64,000 nucleotides of DNA. Origin: Macrostomum hystrix. Lineage: Eukaryota; Animalia; Platyhelminthes. The stretch is from positions 7,316,001 to 7,380,000 of the forward strand of contig CATNEN010000039.1 in the NCBI GenBank assembly GCA_950097015.1. The letters are read 5' to 3'. Position numbers and translations under genes: made by a program. The notes under the pieces were generated by a model, which saw only the letters and a list, made by a program, of their open reading frames with translations, was not told the DNA's origin and ran no database searches. Below, piece after piece: positions 61,201 to 64,000 of this stretch (its first letter is position 1; the number at the start of each line of letters is the position of its first letter).

Positions 61201-62109
61201 AGATCCCAAATCTTTCCAGATCCCCCAATCCTTCTAGATCCCAAAATCTTCCTAATCCCCAAATCTTTCCAGATCACCAAATCTTCCAGATCCCCAAATT
61301 TTTCCAGATCCCCGAATCCTTCTAGATCCCCAAATCTTTCCAGATCCCCCAATCCTTCTAGATCCCCAAATCTTCCTGATCCCCAAATCTTTCCAGATCA
61401 CCAAATCTTCCAGATCCCCAAATTTTTCCAGATCCCCGAATCCTTCTAGATCCCCAAATCTTCCTGATCCCCAAATATTTCCAGATCCCCAAATGGTCCA
61501 GATCCCCAAATCTTTCCTGATCCCAAAATCTTTCCAGATCCCCAAATCTTTCCCAATTCCCTAATCTTCACAGTTCTATTCAGTCGTAATTTCCGCTATA
61601 AATTTCAGCCTCTGGTGGCGGCCAACGAAGCCACCACCGACTCCGCCACCGCCGCGGCTCAAGAGGAAGAAGAGGACGCCGTGAATCGCGACCTCGCCGC
61701 CGCGGTTCGCTCCACGGACGCCGGTTTCGCCTGGTGCTCGGAGCTCGGCTGCATCCGCTGCGGCCTAGTGCCCGAGGACGCCGACTTGCCGACGCTGGTC
61801 CGTCGTGTCCTGGAAGCCGGCGCCGCCGCAGCTGACGCCAGGCTCTGCGCCCGCCGTCTGGACGCGCTGGTGCGCCGGAGAATCGCCGAAGCCGAGATGG
61901 CCCTGCGTAGGGAGCAGCAGCGGCGGCTTGCCGAAGCCGGCGCCCTACGGCAGGTGCCGTTCCTGGACTCTGTGGTCAACTGGCTGTCGCCGCCTGCCAA
62001 GGAGGAGGCCGGCAGCGGCGCCACCTTCTCGTTGCAGAGCGGCCGGCTGACTTCAACCGAGCTCACCTACAAGTACAAGATGCAGGTGAATGGCGGTCCC
62101 GGGCTGTGA
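55210..62109 (+). CDS. PDXDC1: Pyridoxal-dependent decarboxylase domain-containing protein 1; exons 55210-55755, 56554-56808, 57357-57728, 58664-59362, 60644-61078, 61609-62085/62109 (3' end may continue beyond the window)
   Basis: PLFVHAMCGT...YDRLGRIATVCRQHRIWLHVQG, LPLWFALQAAG, CIRFCP, WPGLGGLRY, LRQVPFLDSVVNWLSP..GATFSLQSGRLTSTELTYKYKMQ. Phase-0 GT-AG introns. Confidence 0.92.
55758..56455. repeat. 36-bp minisatellite (GGTTTATTTCTTAGACTCCTAGGCCTGAAGTTTCTA)n starting at the PDXDC1 intron 1 donor
   Basis: ~19 copies, degenerating toward the 3' end. Confidence 0.95.
56868..57202 (+). mobile_element. tRNA-derived SINE copy in PDXDC1 intron 2
   Basis: Same head and body as the other copies; (TTA)n tail. 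Confidence 0.85.
57994..58643. repeat. 20-bp minisatellite (TTTTCATCCCAGATCCTCTA)n in PDXDC1 intron 3
   Basis: ~32 copies. Confidence 0.95.
59752..60027. repeat. ~27-bp minisatellite (CCCCAGGGGGGATATAGCGTGGTCTTT)n in PDXDC1 intron 4
   Basis: ~10 copies. Confidence 0.92.
61125..61560. repeat. ~18-bp minisatellite (CCCCAAATCTTTCCAGAT)n in PDXDC1 intron 5
   Basis: Degenerate tandem copies. Confidence 0.92.
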
Positions 62110-62274
62110 CCCCTGAGCCACGGACTTAAATTGGCATAAGACTCTTTGGTAATAGCACTCTCCTGTGTGTTTAGTTTTTACTTCAAGTCTTGCTGCAATC
62201 ACTGCAAATGTCTAGTTCAGAGGCACTGTCTGGTTGCAATCATGTAACCACTGTAGCAGCCTAGTTGCAGTCAC

Positions 62275-64000
62275 TATGACAGTCAGGTTGTCAGTCTGGT
62301 TGCACTCACTGTGACAGTCAGGTTGTCAGTCTGGTTGCGATCACTGTGACAGTCAGGTTTCAATCACTGTGACAGTCAGGTTTCAATCACTGTGACAGTC
62401 AGGTTTCAATCACTGTGACAGTCAGGTTGCAATCACTGTGACAGTCTGGTTTCAATCACTGTGACAGTCAGGTTGCAATCACTGTGACAGTCAGGTTTCA
62501 ATCACTGTGACAGTCAGGTTGCAATCACTGTGACAGTCAGGTTTCAATCACTGTGACAAGCTGGTTGCAATCACTGTGACAGTCAGGTTGCAATCACTGT
62601 GACAGTCAGGTTTCAATCACTGTGACAGTCAGGTTTCAATCACTGTGACAGTCAGGTTTCAATCACTGTGACAGTCAGGTTGCAATCACTGTGACAGTCA
62701 GGTTGTCAGTCTGGTTGCGATCATTGTGACAGTCAGGTTGCAATCACTGTGACAGTCAGGTTTCAATCACTGTGACAGTCTGGTTGCAATCACTGTGACA
62801 GTCAGGTTGCAATCACTGTGACAGTCAGGTTGCAATCACTGTGACAGTCTGGTTGCAATCACTGTGACAGTCAGGTTGCAATCACTGTGACAAGCTGGTT
62901 GCAATCACTGTGACAGTCAGGTTGCAATCACTGTGACAAGCTGGTTGCAATCACTAATTTATTGCTGGTTTGTTGTGTTTGTTCGAGTGAAGCTTTATTC
63001 AATTACCTTTTTTTATTTAAGTGCCTCCGAAGCAGATTTATTTCCACATGGTGACATTTTCAAATTCATTTACCGGAAGGGCTGCAAAGTAGGTTTTGCG
63101 TGCACTTTTCTGATTATCTGTTTAGAAGTTGATGTTCTAGTTTTGGTTTCCGTGTCCTCTTTGCTTCTATTTTTACCTGGTCGCCTTTTTTCTTGCTTAT
63201 CAGAACAAAACTCTACAAATATTTGCAGCTGAATTCTTTTCACAAAGTGTTTTGTTTAAAAAATGTTTCTTTAGTAACTAACAAAAAATGAAATTTAAAA
63301 CACAAAATGTCACGTCGTATTAAGCACCAATGAAGGTTTAGATTGATTGCTCGTATTATACCTAGCCGAGTTGGACCATATGTTCAGTCAGCTCCAAAAA
63401 CAGCTGTTCAGTCCATGGACAGTTAGTTTTTATTTCAAGTCTGGTTGCAATCACAGTAACAGTCAGGTTGCAATCACAGTAACAGTCAGGTTGCAATCAC
63501 AGTAACAGTCAGGTTGCAATCACAGTGACAGTCAGGTTTCAATCACTGTGACAGTCAGGTTGCAATCACAGTAACAGTCAGGTTGCACTCACTGTGACAG
63601 TCTGGTTGCAATCACAGTAACAGTCAGGTTGCAATCACAGTGACAGTCAGGTTTCAATCACTGTGACAGTCAGGTTGCAATCACAGTAACAGTCAGGTTG
63701 CACTCACTGTGACAGTCTGGTTGCAATCACAGTAACAGTCAGGTTGCAATCACAGTGACAGTCAGGTTTCAATCACTGTGACAGTCAGGTTGCAATCACT
63801 GTGACAGTCAGGTTGCAATCACTGTGACAGTCAGGTTGCAATCACTGTGACAGTCAGGTTGCAATCACAGTAACAGTCAGGTTGCAATCACAGTAACAGT
63901 CAGGTTGCAATCACAGTAACAGTCAGGTTGCAATCACTGTGACAGTCAGGTTGCAATCACTGTGACAGTCAGGTTGCAATCACTGTGACAGTCAGGTTGC
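62275..64000. repeat. 23-bp minisatellite (GTGACAGTCAGGTTGCAATCACT)n in two blocks (62275-62955, 63437-64000)
   Basis: Tandem copies split by ~480 bp of unique sequence. Confidence 0.95.

Overview
Eukaryotic (metazoan) genomic DNA with GC-rich, Ala/Gln-rich exons and AT-rich, minisatellite-filled introns. The style suggests a free-living flatworm such as Macrostomum, but this is inference only. Eight host genes can be reconstructed: a C-type lectin, USP6NL/RN-tre-like TBC GAP (-), PIP4K2 (+), PCMT1 (-), AMP deaminase (+), a FAM43-like PTB protein (-), a B-box-like/coiled-coil/NHL protein (-) and PDXDC1 (+). The six multi-exon genes splice in frame at GT-AG sites. The PTB gene intron holds a 7-kb nested transposon: a foldback-type MULE whose FLYWCH-MULE transposase is split by an internally deleted THAP/P element (32-bp TIRs, 8-bp TSD), plus a hAT-type MITE at the inner edge of one TIR. 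Also present are copies of a tRNA-derived multi-hairpin SINE, a MITE, decayed P-element fragments, and a truncated duplicate of the PDXDC1 5' end in which both acceptor AGs are mutated. The most unusual signal is that most long introns carry their own private minisatellite, and in many of them the repeat unit resembles the spliced exon-exon junction that the intron interrupts, often in register with the junction. This was aligned by eye and needs a formal statistical test.
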